DNA of 64,000 bases from Lama glama (lineage: Eukaryota): contig CM052816.1 in NCBI GenBank assembly GCA_028534125.1, positions 51,214,001 to 51,278,000 of the forward strand, in the 5' to 3' direction. Numbering within the stretch: position 1 is the first letter of the stretch; the number at the start of each line of letters is the position of its first letter. Below the pieces are notes generated by a model, which did not search any database, was not told the origin of the DNA, and saw only the letters and a list, made by a program, of their open reading frames with translations. A program made the position numbers and the translations under genes. This document shows positions 35,480 to 49,235 of the stretch, piece after piece.

Positions 35480-37439
35480 ATTTAATATTCTGTTTCACAA
35501 AACACAAAACAAATTTAAGATATTTTAGATATAACTGACTATAAATTTGCAGAGGATTTACCTTTGTAAAATTTAAAAACAGACTGTATTATTGCTTTAA
35601 AAAGCAAACTCAACTACTAAGTAAATACAGATAATTTACCTTAACCTTGAGGTAACTCAGAAGATATTTCTTGGTAGGTAATTCATTGGTTTCTCTTTAT
35701 AAGTACTTCTTCATAGGTAGTTTGAGAAAAAATATATATATATATAATGAACATGAAAGACTAATTAAAAAGACAAATGGTTATTATTTGATCAGATGAT
35801 GTTCCCCCTAAAATTGGAGCAGTGGGATGTGGCAGAGCACAGTGTAAAAAGTATATGAAATTACTAATTAGTGATTTCTTTTGTTAAGTAAGCCTACATA
35901 ATGTGTTCATAGAAACTTTCACTTTAGAATGAAATGCTAAATTACCAGACAGCTTATACTTCTTACTAGGATACTAACACCAACAAACAAACTTTGTAAT
36001 ATTTTGGATAGATGGGCCCTGTAACAAGCTCTCAAGACTTTAACAATAAAGCCGACATAGTCAGCCCACACACCTATGGACCCCTCCCCTTAACAACTCA
36101 GAGCCTGGCACAGGCACTCATCAGGGAAATACAATAAGAGAAGGTGAAGCCAAAAGGTTAGAGGGCAGCAAAAGAAACTGCAGAGCAATGTTGATAGCAC
36201 GAACTGGAAAAGATCGTGGGGTACTGAAACAGCAATATTCCAACAGGGGGAGGGTTCCATCTTGAGCTAACTTTGGATTTAAATCAATCCACGGGAAACA
36301 ACATCTGAGAGAGAAAAATAGGCTACAAGGTTTAAGTTGTTCTAAAATAAATATGAGGTTAGACTTATAAGAGCTAACTTTTAAGCTGGTCTACGAATAG
36401 CAAAAATGGCTGAAATTGACATCTGCAGAAATTTTAAACCTGAATCACCTGACAAAATAGACAAATCTTAGAAAGAGATGTTCGAGTGCACTTGCTCTTC
36501 TCATAGCAGTGCATAAAAATATTTCAAACCTAGACAGACTGTAGAACTGATGCTTTACGAGTCTATTTGACTATAAAACAATATCTATGTGATAGCTGAT
36601 GTGCCAGTGTTTTCATTTAAAAGACTAGTAGTAACATCTTTGGTAATAAACACTGATTCTTATTTCACACTATTAATGGCAAGAAACTATATTTAAGCCA
36701 AAGGAAAGAAGCTAATAGACTTCTTGCCTCTGCAAAGTCTCTAAAGCTGGGCTGTCATTAGGGTGCCTAAGAGTAAAGAAATGTTTTTATTTGAAGAATT
36801 CAAGATCACTCATGTCTGTTAATTTTCCTACTAAAGTAATACACCTCATTTTACAAAACACAAGGTTCTTGTTCTTCAGAGACAGTCTATCTCTGAGAGT
36901 GAAGGAGTGATTAGAAACTGAGAGAAGGCCGAGAAATCCTCAAGAGAAAGGGCACCAAGTCACCTGCCCCACTTCTTCAGCAGTAATATAAGTTTTTGCA
37001 CCCTCTGCCTAAAGCCATCCATCCTCAGCCAGAACAGGAGCCACAGTGGATGGCAGCACATTGAGGGAAGACAGGACAAGAGGAACTACCGGCTGCAGGT
37101 TCAGACACCACTCCTGGCTAAAATGAAATGAAATAAAATACTCTAAGATTCTCTTAATTGAAGATCACATTTTAGACAATAATTGAGCTTAATTGAAATT
37201 AAAAATGGCAGTGCTCATACAGAGATAATTAATATTTGCTAATTGCAGCATGATAATAATAAACTCACCCCATTATCCAAACAGATTTTATGCCTAGTAA
37301 AAACTATTCTCATTCCCGTATTTCATATTAAAAAATTTTTTTTAATAAACTATTCTTTGCTGAGTACTTCTATTACCTGTGACATAAATACACTTAATTA
37401 TATGATATATTACTGTAGAAAATAATGACTTTAAAAACT

Positions 37440-37535
37440 GTTACAGTTAAAGATGTTTAGTAATTTGCCCATGATCACCCCATCTATAAAGGAAAGAGCC
37501 AGGATTCAAACTTGGGTCCTGCTTTTTCTACCACC
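37440..37535 (-). mobile_element. MIR fragment
   Basis: agtaatttgcccatgatcacccc..agagccaggattcaaacttggg. Confidence 0.7.
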
Positions 37536-37659
37536 CAGATCTACCAACTGACAAATCACAGGTGTCATTACCATTTTACAACCTGGTTTCTTGGAAACTT
37601 CTAAGGCTTCTCTGTGAAGGTTTCCTTTCCATTATCTTTCTTTCTAAAATATAGTACAA

Positions 37660-38650
37660 GCATTTTTTTTTTCCTGACTGTAAAAGCTTTACATGCTTAT
37701 TATTTTGAAACTTAAAATATGTAAGATCAGAAACTAGAAAATAAAAATTCCCTGTAATTCTATCTTTCAGAGAAATAGTATATGTGTATGTACATGTATA
37801 TGTCTTTGTATATGTATATTTCCCATGATATCATCTGTACATATTAGTTTATAACTTGCCTTTTTCTCTTAGTATGTTGAAGACATCTTTTTGTACTAAT
37901 AAACATATTTACTTCATTGTTTGTAATAAAAGAATGATATCCTGAATGTATAAACATATATATATTTGATAACTGAAGAAATAACTGCAAAAATAGTAAA
38001 GATAATTATTGTAGAATTTAAAAATAATAAATTGCACACATTAACTATTTGACTAATAATTGACATTCAAATTATTTTTAAGTCTTATGAGTGATTCTAC
38101 AATAAAATTTTTTTTACAAACTTGTGGGATTATTTGTTTAGGATAAGTTTCTAGATTTGGAATTACTAAGTCAAGTAACTATTTTAAATTTCCATACATA
38201 TTACCAAATTGCATTTCAGAAAAATTGTGACAACTTACATTCTGACCTACATGTATCAGTACCTATTTTGTCACCTATGTGTGTCATCGTTTTTCTCCTT
38301 CAGAATATGATAGGTGAAAAATGGTATCTCTTGGTTATTTCAATCAGTATCTCTTTGATTAGCACTGTGACAGAATTTCTTTCATGTATTTATTGGTCCT
38401 TTTCACTTCTTCTTTTATCAACTACCCACTAACAAAAGCAAATAAACAAACAAAAATACCCTTTTCCATTTTTCTACTGGGATAGTTCATCTTTTTCTTA
38501 TTGATATAAAAGACTTGCTTCTATATTAGAGTTATTAATACTTAGTAGAGCACAATAATTGCAGATACTTTCCCAGTTTGTCACTTGTCTTTCAACTTAG
38601 TTTACTGTGGCCTCTATAATTGTTATTTGTTTTTAATATAGTAAAATACA
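37660..38650 (-). mobile_element. Ancient L1 (L1ME-like) 3' region
   Basis: accaaattgcatttcagaaaaattgtgacaacttacattc..ataggtgaaaaatggtatctc..tttcccagtttgtcacttgtctttcaactt. Confidence 0.8.
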
Positions 38651-38684
38651 AATATCACTTACCATCTAAAGTTATTAGGTTTCT

Positions 38685-40125
38685 GAAGACCATTTCAACC
38701 AAGAGGAAGTAACAAGGAGGAGATTTACCTTGCCACCTGAAACAACTAAAAAACCAGACAAAATATATAAAAGAATAATTTGTCAAGACACTGGATATTA
38801 GGCAACAATAGACAGTGATCCCTTAAATATGAGAAACAAAGTAAGCTCTAAGACTGCCCCAGCTTGTTTCCCAGAGAGAGTTTTCAGGCCATGGTGCAGG
38901 GAGACAAAACCTAGGAAGAGCCCATGAAGTTTCAACTTAAGGAGGTGGAACTGGGGATCCAGAAAGGCCAAGCCCATTAAGAGTTTGCAAAGCAAAGAAT
39001 CAGAGGACAGGGCTACACAGAAAAAGAAGTCTCTTTCATCCCTACTTGATTATGGATTAGCTCATGCATATGAGGAAAGAGCCCAGGTCAAGAAAACAAA
39101 AGGATTAATGGAAACAATAGCTGACACTTGCATACAGATTAGAATAATTTGGGTTCCTACTAGTCATAACTTGTGGGGCATTTGATAAAGTCCTCAGAGG
39201 AGCTTTGCCTCAGGAATGAAGTAAAATTAGCCTTAGACAAAAGGCTGCTCTGGTCCCACTTAACAAAACTTAACAGATTTGTAAAGGATCAAACTGTCTT
39301 CAGAAAACCTAACTGCATCCTAAGACAAAGTTGAAGAGTATTTACAAGAATACAAAAATATCCAGCACCAACATTCCACAAATATCTAGCATCTAATTAA
39401 AAATTACCAGGATGCAAAGAAGCAGAAAAATATAAGTTGTAGTGAAATGAAAGATCAATCAATTGAAACTGGCCCAGAAATGGCATCAGTGATAGAATTA
39501 GTTTATAGGGCCTAACAGTAGGAAATGTAAGCTTTGTAGACCATATAGTCTATAAAAACTACTCAACTCAGCTATAGTAATGCAAAAAGCAGCCATAGAC
39601 AATGGGTTAACAAATAGGCAGGGCTGTATTCCAATAAAATTTTATTTATAAGACAAATCTACTAGGCCAGATTTGGCTCATAAGCTGTCATTGGACATCC
39701 TCTGAGCTAAAGAAAAGACTTAACATGTTAAGGAGAGATACTGAAGGTATAAAAAAAGATCCAAACCAAACTTCTAGAGATGAAAACTACAAGGTCTAAG
39801 AAAGAATGAAAGACTACACACTGCAGAAGAAAGGACTGGTGAACTTGAAGACATAGGAATAAAACTATTCAAAAATGAAACAGAGAGAATACTATAAAAA
39901 AAAAAAAAGCATTGGTCAGCTGTGGGGAAACTTCAGGTGGACTAATATACATGAAAATGAGTCCCCAGAGGAGAGGAATGGCTGATGGGAGGGGCAAATA
40001 AATATTTATAAAGCTATAAATTCACACATTCAAACTCAATAAACCTAGAGCCCAGGAAACATGAAGAAAACTACACAGAGGCACATCATAATAAAATTGC
40101 TTAAAGTCAGTGATAAAGCAGTGAT
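38685..40125 (+). mobile_element. Old L1 5' UTR/ORF1 fragment (L1MC/MD-like 5' end)
   Basis: caagaggaagtaacaagg..cctgaaacaactaaaaaaccagacaaaatata..tggtgaacttgaagacataggaataaaactattc..gaagaaaactacacagaggcacatcataataaaattgcttaaa. Confidence 0.8.
39505..39705 (+). mobile_element. MER58A nested in L1
   Basis: actactcaactcagctatagtaatgcaaaaagcagccatagacaat..ctgtattccaataaaattttattt..ggccagatttggc. Confidence 0.85.
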
Positions 40126-40329
40126 AAACATTTCTGAGTCAGGATAGTGCATATACGGTTGGCATATTCAGAAAGCAAGGTTACTACATAATCCAGATCT
40201 ATTTAGATCTTAAGTTTCAGACAGCAGGTAGCTAAATGAGAGTAAGAGATTATTTAAAACTTCATCCAAATCTACTTGGTTCCTGTTATCAAGCGGAGTG
40301 TTTAGATAGCTAGAGATACTGAAGGAGAT

Positions 40330-40760
40330 GACTATAATAACAGTTCCCAATGAATTATGCCTCATTATGTCTGCCTCCCTTAACACTGTGACATTGCTGC
40401 TTCAGAGGCGGAGACTATTTATTCACCCCCTAAATATCTGGCTGACCTTGCAACTTGTTTTGACCCATAAAATAAAGCTGAAGTGAGTATGAGTTCTAGA
40501 ATCTAGGCCTCCACCTAGCTAGCTTCTGCCTTTACTCTCCTGAGATCCAGCCAATATGAGGTTTGTGCTAGACAACTGAATATGACACAGCAGGGAGGGA
40601 GAGGCTGCAGCCGCCAGATAAAAGAAGCCTCAAAAATGTGTCCAGGTGAGACCCATGGAAGAATGATTTAACCAATCTACAGAATCGAGAAACAGTAAAT
40701 CATTGTTGGTTTAAGCTATTAAGTTTGGGAACAGTTTATTGTATAAAAACTGATTTCAGA
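40330..40760 (+). mobile_element. MaLR LTR (MLT1F/G/H-like)
   Basis: tggctgaccttgcaacttgttttgaccc..agaatcgagaaacagtaaatcattgttggtttaagctattaagtttggg. Confidence 0.78.
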
Positions 40761-42034
40761 AACACATATTTTTGGTTATTAGTATAATGTTTAGAAAACC
40801 CTTGCCACTTCATATTGTGATATGAAGATGGCATCCAGTCTTGTTTTTCCAAATAAGTATCTGGTTATCCTAATAACATTTAATAAATAACCATTTCCCT
40901 CCCATTAATTTGAATGCTATTTTTACTGTATATTAAATTTTGAGGATGCCATCATGGGACAAATCCAAAAGAAAAATGTTCAAACCCACTCTCAAATACA
41001 GAAGCTATTAAAAAAATTAGTAGTGTTTGTAGAAAAAATTGTGTATTTCCATTTTAGGTATGTATATGCATATTTTATTATAAATATTATTTTCCTACAT
41101 TTCAAGAAGAAAATCAGAAACATGTTTTTCCAACATTTTGTCATGGAAATAGTCTTATTATTCAGAAAGCTTTTTAGTATTATATTCAGTGTAATATAAT
41201 TTTACTGGTACTAATTAACCCTGGTCTTGTAATGTGGTTTCTACAGCTCCCTGACTATGTATTAACCAAATGACCTTACGTCAGCTCTAATCCAACTGAA
41301 AATGCTTCTTGAAAAAACTTCACTGCAGTCTACAATATGAGAGAAAATTCAAGTCAATTTTTTCCACGTTACAAAAATATGGGAAAAAACAGATTTTATT
41401 AAATTCCAGGTAGGAGTTTGTCAACATGCAGGTCTCCTGGGAGTCTCTCAGTTCCCTAAAGTGAAATCTGTGAATAAGAAGACATTTTGTGGAAGTTATT
41501 GTAATAGCAAAATTAAATATTATGTGCCCACTGATAAAGGCATGCTAACAATGTTAAAAGAGAAATCCAATTGCTAACTTCAAGTAAAAGTATAAACTCA
41601 AATGACCATTCTTGAGTTGCCTCCTTTTAGCTTGATGACTTTGTCAAATTTTCCCTTATGAATGTCACAGAAGCCACTGAATTGATGGAGGGGGAAAAAA
41701 GCTTAAAAAGGCAGAAAGAGCAAAAGAGCTGATTTCTTAATGGGGTCCCTAGTAAAGACAGACCGCCCATACCTTACTTCCTCTCCAAAAACTGTCCTAC
41801 ACTGTTACTTAAAATCATATCAATTAGAGACTGACTTCAGTCAATAAATGTCCTCTTTCCAAAACATATAAAATCTCTAAGCTGTTTAAGAGCTTATTAC
41901 ATATGTGTAATTTGTTCTTTGATTTAATTTTCTAACAGATTATGGAAATCACCTGCATTGAAGGAGTAGGATTTTTCTAGTTATATTCAAAAGCACCTTG
42001 ATTCTCCCTGTTATTGGCTTTGAATCCAAAATCA

Positions 42035-43775
42035 TTTTTAATTAAACTTTTAATTTCAAGATAATTGTAAACACACATATAAGATAAAGATGTACTGTAA
42101 GAAGTAATACAGAAGGTATATCCTTTACTGAATTTCCCCCAATGGTTACATCTTGTAAAACTATTGTGCAAAATTAAGACAGGGATATTGATATTGATAC
42201 AGTCAAGATACAGAGCATTTCCATCATCACAAAGATCCCTCATTTTGCCCTTTTATAGCTATAGTCACCTCCTTCCCTCCTAAACTTCTTAATCCTGGCA
42301 ACCAGTAATTTGTTCTCCAATATATAATTTTATCACTTTAAGAATGTTATTTTATAAAAGGAATCATATATTATGTAACCTTTGGGATTAGCTTTATTCA
42401 CTGAGCACAGTCCTCTAGTGATTCATCTATGCTGTTGTGCATATCAATATTTTGCTGATTTTTATGGCTGAGTAGTATTCCAGAGTATGGATGTACCACA
42501 GTTTAATGATTCACCCATTAAAGGACATTAGCTTGGGGTTATTATAAATAAAACTGCTATTTAAAATTTGTGTACAGGCTTTTGTATGAGCATAAGTTTT
42601 CAATTCTCTGGAATAAATGCCTAGTAGTATAATTGTTGGGTCATATGATAGTTGCATGTTTGATTTTTTAAAGAAATTGCCATACTTTTTCCAGAGTGGT
42701 TGTACCATTTTACATTCCAATCAGCAATGTATGAGTGATTCTGTTTCTCTGTATTCTTGCCAGCATTTGGTATTATAACTGTTTTTTAAATTATTGCTAT
42801 TTTAGCCATTTTGATAGGTGTGTAAAGGCTAATAATATTAAACATCTTTTCATGTGCTTGTCATTTGTATATCCTCTTCAGTGACTCTTCATGTCTTTTG
42901 CCTATTTTCTACTGGAGTGTTTGTTAAGTTTTGAGACTGCTTTGTAAATTCTCAATAGTGGTCCTTTGTTGGATATATAGTTTGTAAATATTTTCTCCCA
43001 CTCTGTGACTTTTCTTTTCATCCTCTTAATTGGATCTCCTGCAGAAAAAAAGTTTTTAAGTTTGGGGAAGTCCAAGTTATCAATTTTTCCTTTTATGCAT
43101 TGTACTTTTGGTCTCAAGTTGAAGAATTCTTTCCCTAGTTTTAGATCCCAAAGATTCTCTCTTATTTTCTTCCTAAAAGCTTTATAAGTTTCATATTTTA
43201 TCTTTAAGTCCATGATTCATTTGGGGTTAATCTTTGTATAAGGTATGAAACCTAGCTCAGGGTTCACTTTTTGCCTATGGACATCCAAGTTGCTCCAGCA
43301 CCATTTATTTAAAAGGCTATCTTTCCTCAGTTCAATAGTTTATGCACTTTTGTCAAAAATCAATTGGATATATTTATGTGGGTCTATTTCTGAATTCTCT
43401 GTTCCATTGCTCTATGTGTCTGTCCCTCCAATACCACACAACTTTGATTACTGTGTCTACATAATAAGTCTTGAAATCAGGTAGACTGATTCCTCCCATT
43501 TTATTCTACTTCTTTAAAAAAAAAAGTGCTTCTAGCTATTCTAGTTCCTTTGCCTTTTCCCATAAATTTTAGGACAATATTATCCATAACTCAATAAATT
43601 TTGCTGGGATTTTCAGAGGAATTGTGTATATATATCAGTTTAGGGAAAACTGATATCATTGCTATGTTGAATCTTCCAATCCATGATCACAGTATATCTG
43701 TCCATTTATTTAGATTTTTTAAAATTTTTCTTTAATCAGTGGTTTGTGGTTTTCAGCATACAAGTCCTATGAATA
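42035..43775 (-). mobile_element. L1MC-type element, ORF2 end plus 3' UTR (sense to ATG10)
   Basis: Minus-strand ORFs 42511 (MECKMVQPLWK..LSYDPTIILLGIYSRELKT) and 42902 (..IKRMKRKVTEWEKIFTNYISNKG) are ORF2p remnants. The 3' UTR reads cccaatggttacatcttgtaaaacta. Confidence 0.93.
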
Positions 43776-43779
43776 TCTA

Positions 43780-44010
43780 TCAAGGCTTCCTAATAATTTC
43801 AGATCATGTTTATCTCTCCCTTCCATGAAAATTTGTCAGTGCATATGGAGTTCTATTTAACTCTTGATGTGTAAACCTTGTCCCAAAAACTAACATTTGC
43901 TTGAGTGCTGGGTCTTATAAGACAGGGTCTTAATAATTCCCTGTATCTTTCCCCTAATGACTTAGGCAATACCTTGTATCCAGTATATACTCAACACATA
44001 CTGAAATGAA
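43780..44010 (+). mobile_element. L2 3'-end fragment
   Basis: acagggtcttaataattccctgtatctttccc..cagtatatactcaacacatactgaaatgaa. Confidence 0.55.
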
Positions 44011-44214
44011 AGTATTAAGGCATTTATTTTTAAAAGATTTATTTTTTCACGGTAACTAAACCACTTACTAACCTGATAATGAAAGCACATTTTGGCTATA
44101 AAATATTGTTTTGTATAAAATTAATGTGAATTTTAATTTTGGAAGCATGCTGATACAAGTTTATCAAATATATGGTAAAATAATTATTGTGCACTTATGA
44201 ATAAACATTACACT

Positions 44215-44732
44215 TGTGGTAGCTAATCTTTAAAGATATCTCTCCTTCTTCCCCATTCTCCTCCCCTCCCTGCTACGTTAACCATGCCTTCTGAGTGTAC
44301 ACATGCTCTTACATGGTTTTCTGCCTTTAAATCTGGGCTGGCCCTGAGACTTACTTTTGTCCAAGAGAGTATGGAAGAAGAGACGCTACATGCTTTCCAA
44401 GGTTAGGTTATAAGAAATCCTTTAGATGCCAAGGGTCTCTTGGACTATGTGCTCTAGGGGAGAAGGTTACCAGGTAAGAAGTTCAGCAACCCTGAAATAG
44501 CCATGCTAGCGGAAGCCCAAGACTGCCACATGGAGAGGCCATGGAGAAAGAGAGATGCCCTGCCAGCCTCAAGTATATCTGTCATTCCAACTGAGGTCCC
44601 AAACATATGAATGAAATAGCCATCTTGGATGTCCAGCCCACTTGGGTCTTCAAGTGACTCTAGCCCTAGTTGTTGTTTAAAGCCACTAAATTTTACAGTG
44701 GATTTTTTAGGCAGCAATATACAATGAAAACA
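44215..44732 (+). mobile_element. MaLR LTR (MLT1F/G-like)
   Basis: Starts tgtggtag, contains gccacatggagaggccatggagaaagagagatgccc and gccatcttggatgtccagccca, and ends gcagcaatatacaatgaaaaca. Confidence 0.85.
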
Positions 44733-45491
44733 CATACTTAAAACATAATCACTTGGGCACAGGCAAAAAACATTGTAATATACATGTGTTTTTATTTCAG
44801 TCATATCCCTAAAGCTATTACTGTTTTATTTGTCTATTGCTGTTTTTCATGATTTTATTTTTGTTAATTCTATAACCACTTTCAATTTTATTCCATTATT
44901 TCATATTATAAATTATAACAGGCATTAATAACAGTAACACAACAACAGAAAGCATTTTCTCTTTGTAGAATCCACTCAATTAATCATTAAAATATGCAGT
45001 TTTAAACAGTTTTTGAAAGTAGGGATAATGTCTTGACTATTATTTCTCTATACAAAGTAGTATATAGTAGTTATTTAATAAAGACTGAAAATTAAATTGG
45101 TGAGCAATGGGAAATGATCATTTGGTGATAAATTCAATAAATGTCATGTACTGAATCCACCACTGACTCAGTTAAAATTTTTTTAAATAAAGAAAGACTA
45201 TTTGACAGCCATTGTCACATCTGTTTAAAATTCTTAAGCTTTTATTCCACTTCAATGATATCATTTTAATCCATTATTATCCTCAAATGCATACTGTAAT
45301 TAACCATCAATCAATCCACAAATAAAAATAAAATAATTTGATATTTTAAATGTGTTTGAGGGCATAATAGGAAATAATTAGAAATAAATACAATTGTCCT
45401 TTAATATAGCTTTTGAGCAAACTAGAAAAATCTTTTTAAAAGCCTTGTTCAGACTTCTAACCAAGTTTTTGCAATATCCATTTTTTTTTTT

Positions 45492-45991
45492 NNNNNNNNN
45501 NNNNNNNNNNNNNNNNNNNNNNNNNNNNNNNNNNNNNNNNNNNNNNNNNNNNNNNNNNNNNNNNNNNNNNNNNNNNNNNNNNNNNNNNNNNNNNNNNNNN
45601 NNNNNNNNNNNNNNNNNNNNNNNNNNNNNNNNNNNNNNNNNNNNNNNNNNNNNNNNNNNNNNNNNNNNNNNNNNNNNNNNNNNNNNNNNNNNNNNNNNNN
45701 NNNNNNNNNNNNNNNNNNNNNNNNNNNNNNNNNNNNNNNNNNNNNNNNNNNNNNNNNNNNNNNNNNNNNNNNNNNNNNNNNNNNNNNNNNNNNNNNNNNN
45801 NNNNNNNNNNNNNNNNNNNNNNNNNNNNNNNNNNNNNNNNNNNNNNNNNNNNNNNNNNNNNNNNNNNNNNNNNNNNNNNNNNNNNNNNNNNNNNNNNNNN
45901 NNNNNNNNNNNNNNNNNNNNNNNNNNNNNNNNNNNNNNNNNNNNNNNNNNNNNNNNNNNNNNNNNNNNNNNNNNNNNNNNNNNNNNNNNNN
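45492..45991. other. Assembly gap (500 N)
   Basis: A run of N flanked by poly(T) on both sides. Confidence 1.
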
Positions 45992-46274
45992 TTTTTTTTT
46001 TTGCCAGCTTAATGGAGTAACAGTTTCTTAAAACTTTAGTGAGTACCTAATGCAAGTCTATATTCTATACGTATCACTAATAATTTAAAATTTTCTACTC
46101 TAATTGTTTACATACCTAGTTTACAAAATCAGTTTCTGAAAAACCTTGATGGTGACTATCTGGAAAAATTATGAATATATCTCTATTTACTAAAACCTCT
46201 GTCTTCCATACTTCATGGTTTACTTTCTATTTCATGAAAGTGACCCGGTTTCCAACCATTTCAGCTGCCTGGTT

Positions 46275-46381
46275 AAAAAAAAAAAAAAAAAGAGAGAGAG
46301 AGAGAAGAAGGAAGGAAGGCAGGAAGGAAGCAAGGAAGGAAAGAAGGAAGGCAGGCAGGCAGACAGAGAGGGAGGGAGGGA
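46275..46381. repeat. Polypurine simple repeat: poly(A), (GA)n, (GGAA)n, (GGCA)n, (GGGA)n
   Basis: Directly visible in the sequence. Confidence 0.95.
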
Positions 46382-49109
46382 TGTAGGAAAGTTACTAACA
46401 GTTGGATAAAAGGCTGAGAATTTATTTTAGTCCCAATGCATTCATATGCACTTTTAAAAGAAAATCTAGAAGTTCATCAGCCAGAAAATATATTATAAAA
46501 GGTGTTGAGAATGAATTAGACATGTTCAAAGACTCTCAAGAGGGTCTTCAAAATGAAGCTGCCCATGAGACATGGTGTTAATCAAGTAATTGAGAGAAAA
46601 ATAACAGCGTTGCTAAGTTCCTATTTACTGAGATATTTCTGGGTTCAACAAATGAGAAAATAAAAGAGAATAGGTGTTAAGGGGTTCCTAAATAATACTT
46701 CTCATATTTTTTCTACCTTCTTCAAAAATTCTCACACAGTCACTTCACTGAATTCTACAATATAAGATTGTTACAAATCACTGCGGCCAAGAGACTTAGA
46801 AAAAAACTTAGTCTGTCTGTACCCCTTTATCTTCATAACACAGAAGTTTAGGAGTCAGGACTTGAAGTTTATCAAGAACACTGAATGACTGGCTTAGTCC
46901 AGACAGAACCACAGAGCATCAAACCAAACTGTGAAACAAAGGGAGAGACCAGGAATGTGAATCAAATTACAAGGGTGCTTTCAGAAATAAATGGAGATTT
47001 ATACAGGACCAAGAACAAGGAGAAGCAGAAAGATGAGCCAAGCAAAGTGAAAAATTCAGAGTCAGGAGAGGAGGGAAAATGAGGTACTGAGGTTTGGAGT
47101 CCCTGGCTGACCAGGCTCCCTGGTAGAGAGGAGGCTCTAATTGGTCTCTACAATATACCAGGTTGCAGCTGGTATTAGCTCCACCTCCACCCAATGTAAT
47201 GTATGTGTTAATCCCTAAATACTTGGCCCCAAGGGTCTTAATATAGCTTTTACACACTTTCCAGAGCCAAAATATTGAAAAATTTCCTCCTGGTATTCCT
47301 ACAGCAGAATGAGAGCAGACAAACGAATGACTGCACTTTTCTATGATGATCCTTACTCATAATTTCTTACGTAGGAAATGACCAAGGAACTCCAAAAGAG
47401 GTAAAATACTCATTTTATCTTCTAAGATTTCTGGTGCCTTCTTCTTTGAATATGAAAGTGTATACTAAAACTTTCATTGCACATTAAAGTAAAAAACTAT
47501 CAATCTAAGAAAGCAGTGGATAGTGGCTAGACAGGAATATATATTCTTTGAATAATATAAATCATAAAACCTCAGTATTTAAACCCTTCAACCTACTGAG
47601 ATGCTTGGAAAGATTATGATGGAAGAAAATTGACTGAATTACACTCAAGGTAGAAAGTCAGTATTTTTCCCATTCTTAAAAACCATGATTCCAATGCACC
47701 AAGACCTTACTCCCTAGTAATAATTGATCAAAGAAGAGAGAGTTCACTGCTTACTTCTACTGCAGTCAGTTAAAGATCAGAACCTATAAGAACCTGCCAA
47801 CAAAATACTCCAGACAAGTGCAAAATCTATGAAGTATAAGGAATATATGCCCCACACTATAAAGAAAAGAAAATCTTACAGCTTTTTCTAAAGCATCAAT
47901 CAAATCAGAACGAAGTGCCACAGAGAGGATTTTGCTTTATGAAGTGCTGGCTTCCTTCAAGGTCATTCATGGCGGTGATGCAGAGATGTCTGCGGTACTG
48001 TGCTTTCAGTCTCGGGTAGAGAACTGCCTAGGGTCCTTACTTAATGAGTTTACTAGCTGAGCTTCATCTTAATGGAAGCAGTTGAGTTCTAAAAAAAATT
48101 TTTTTTAATCTCATCTCAGTGTAGTCTCTTTCATAGCTACAAAAAAATAAACACACTTACTATAAAGTAATGAATATTAAGTTAAAATAAATGTGACATC
48201 CAAAGAGTCACTAAATATTATTACAAATGCCAGTTTTTTTCATTTATTCATCACTCTGCTCAAAAATCTATAAAATACTTACCTTTTAACACCGAACCTC
48301 ATATTTGTTGCTCTCCTTTTCTCTCTCAACACCTTTCATTTACTAAACCTCAAATCTTTGAAAGACAATCCAACTTACAAAGGGTATAAAAAGCCTAAAC
48401 CAATGGATTGTGAAACAAGATTAAAATTAGGCAGCAGTAAATCTGAAATGTAGACTTAGCATATAATTTTTTTAACTATCAGAATGTACCTGTACCTCCA
48501 CATTAAAAAGGAAAGAGGACCACTGAGCATGCTTCACATATGTAATACATTATTCTACCACCATACTATCGAGGAAGTCCAATTTGGTCTGTTATTCCAT
48601 CAATATTTTCTATTTGATCATCTTGTCTGATCTTTTAGTGTAAAATTCATCATTGATGACCACACACATGTTTAGTAAGCCCTCTGTTATACTTAAGTAA
48701 TCCATATTATACTAGTTTCTCTGAGAATATTATTATAATTAGAGGCCCTCAAAAGGATCATCACATTTTGCTTTTCTCTAAGATCTTTTAGCCCCACTCA
48801 CAGGACAGGAACTACATAGCCACAAAAACCAAAGATAAATTCCAGAGAAGTTCCTGAGGAGGACTTGTGTATCCTCCTATGGCACTTCAGGGTTATAAGA
48901 GTAGCCAAAAACTTCTGGTTGTCTCTTTAAGTATGTCCATAAAAATGATCCAAGTAATACTATATAAAAGAATTTCATAATTAAAAAGTACCATAAAAAA
49001 CAAACAACAATGTTCACTTCAAATAATAATATTCAATACTAGTAATGGAGAAAACCCCAAAAAACCTAACAGAAACCATAAAATGCTAGCAAAAATATTT
49101 TCTTTTCTA

Positions 49110-49235
49110 AACTCTCCAGAGAAATATGTCACTACTTTCAAGGAGTGTTTTATTCCTTTTAGTATCCTTTAACACAGCGCCTGACATTCAGTAGATACCC
49201 AAAAATATTTTGAATGAATGTTGAATGAAATGTTG
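49110..49235 (+). mobile_element. L2 3' end
   Basis: taacacagcgcctgacattcagtagatacccaaaaatattttgaatgaatg. Confidence 0.7.

Noticed and set aside
45394..46020. 208-aa ORF
   Set aside because: Artefact of reading through the N gap.
46171..46409. Lys/Arg/Glu-rich ORFs
   Set aside because: Translation of the polypurine simple repeat.
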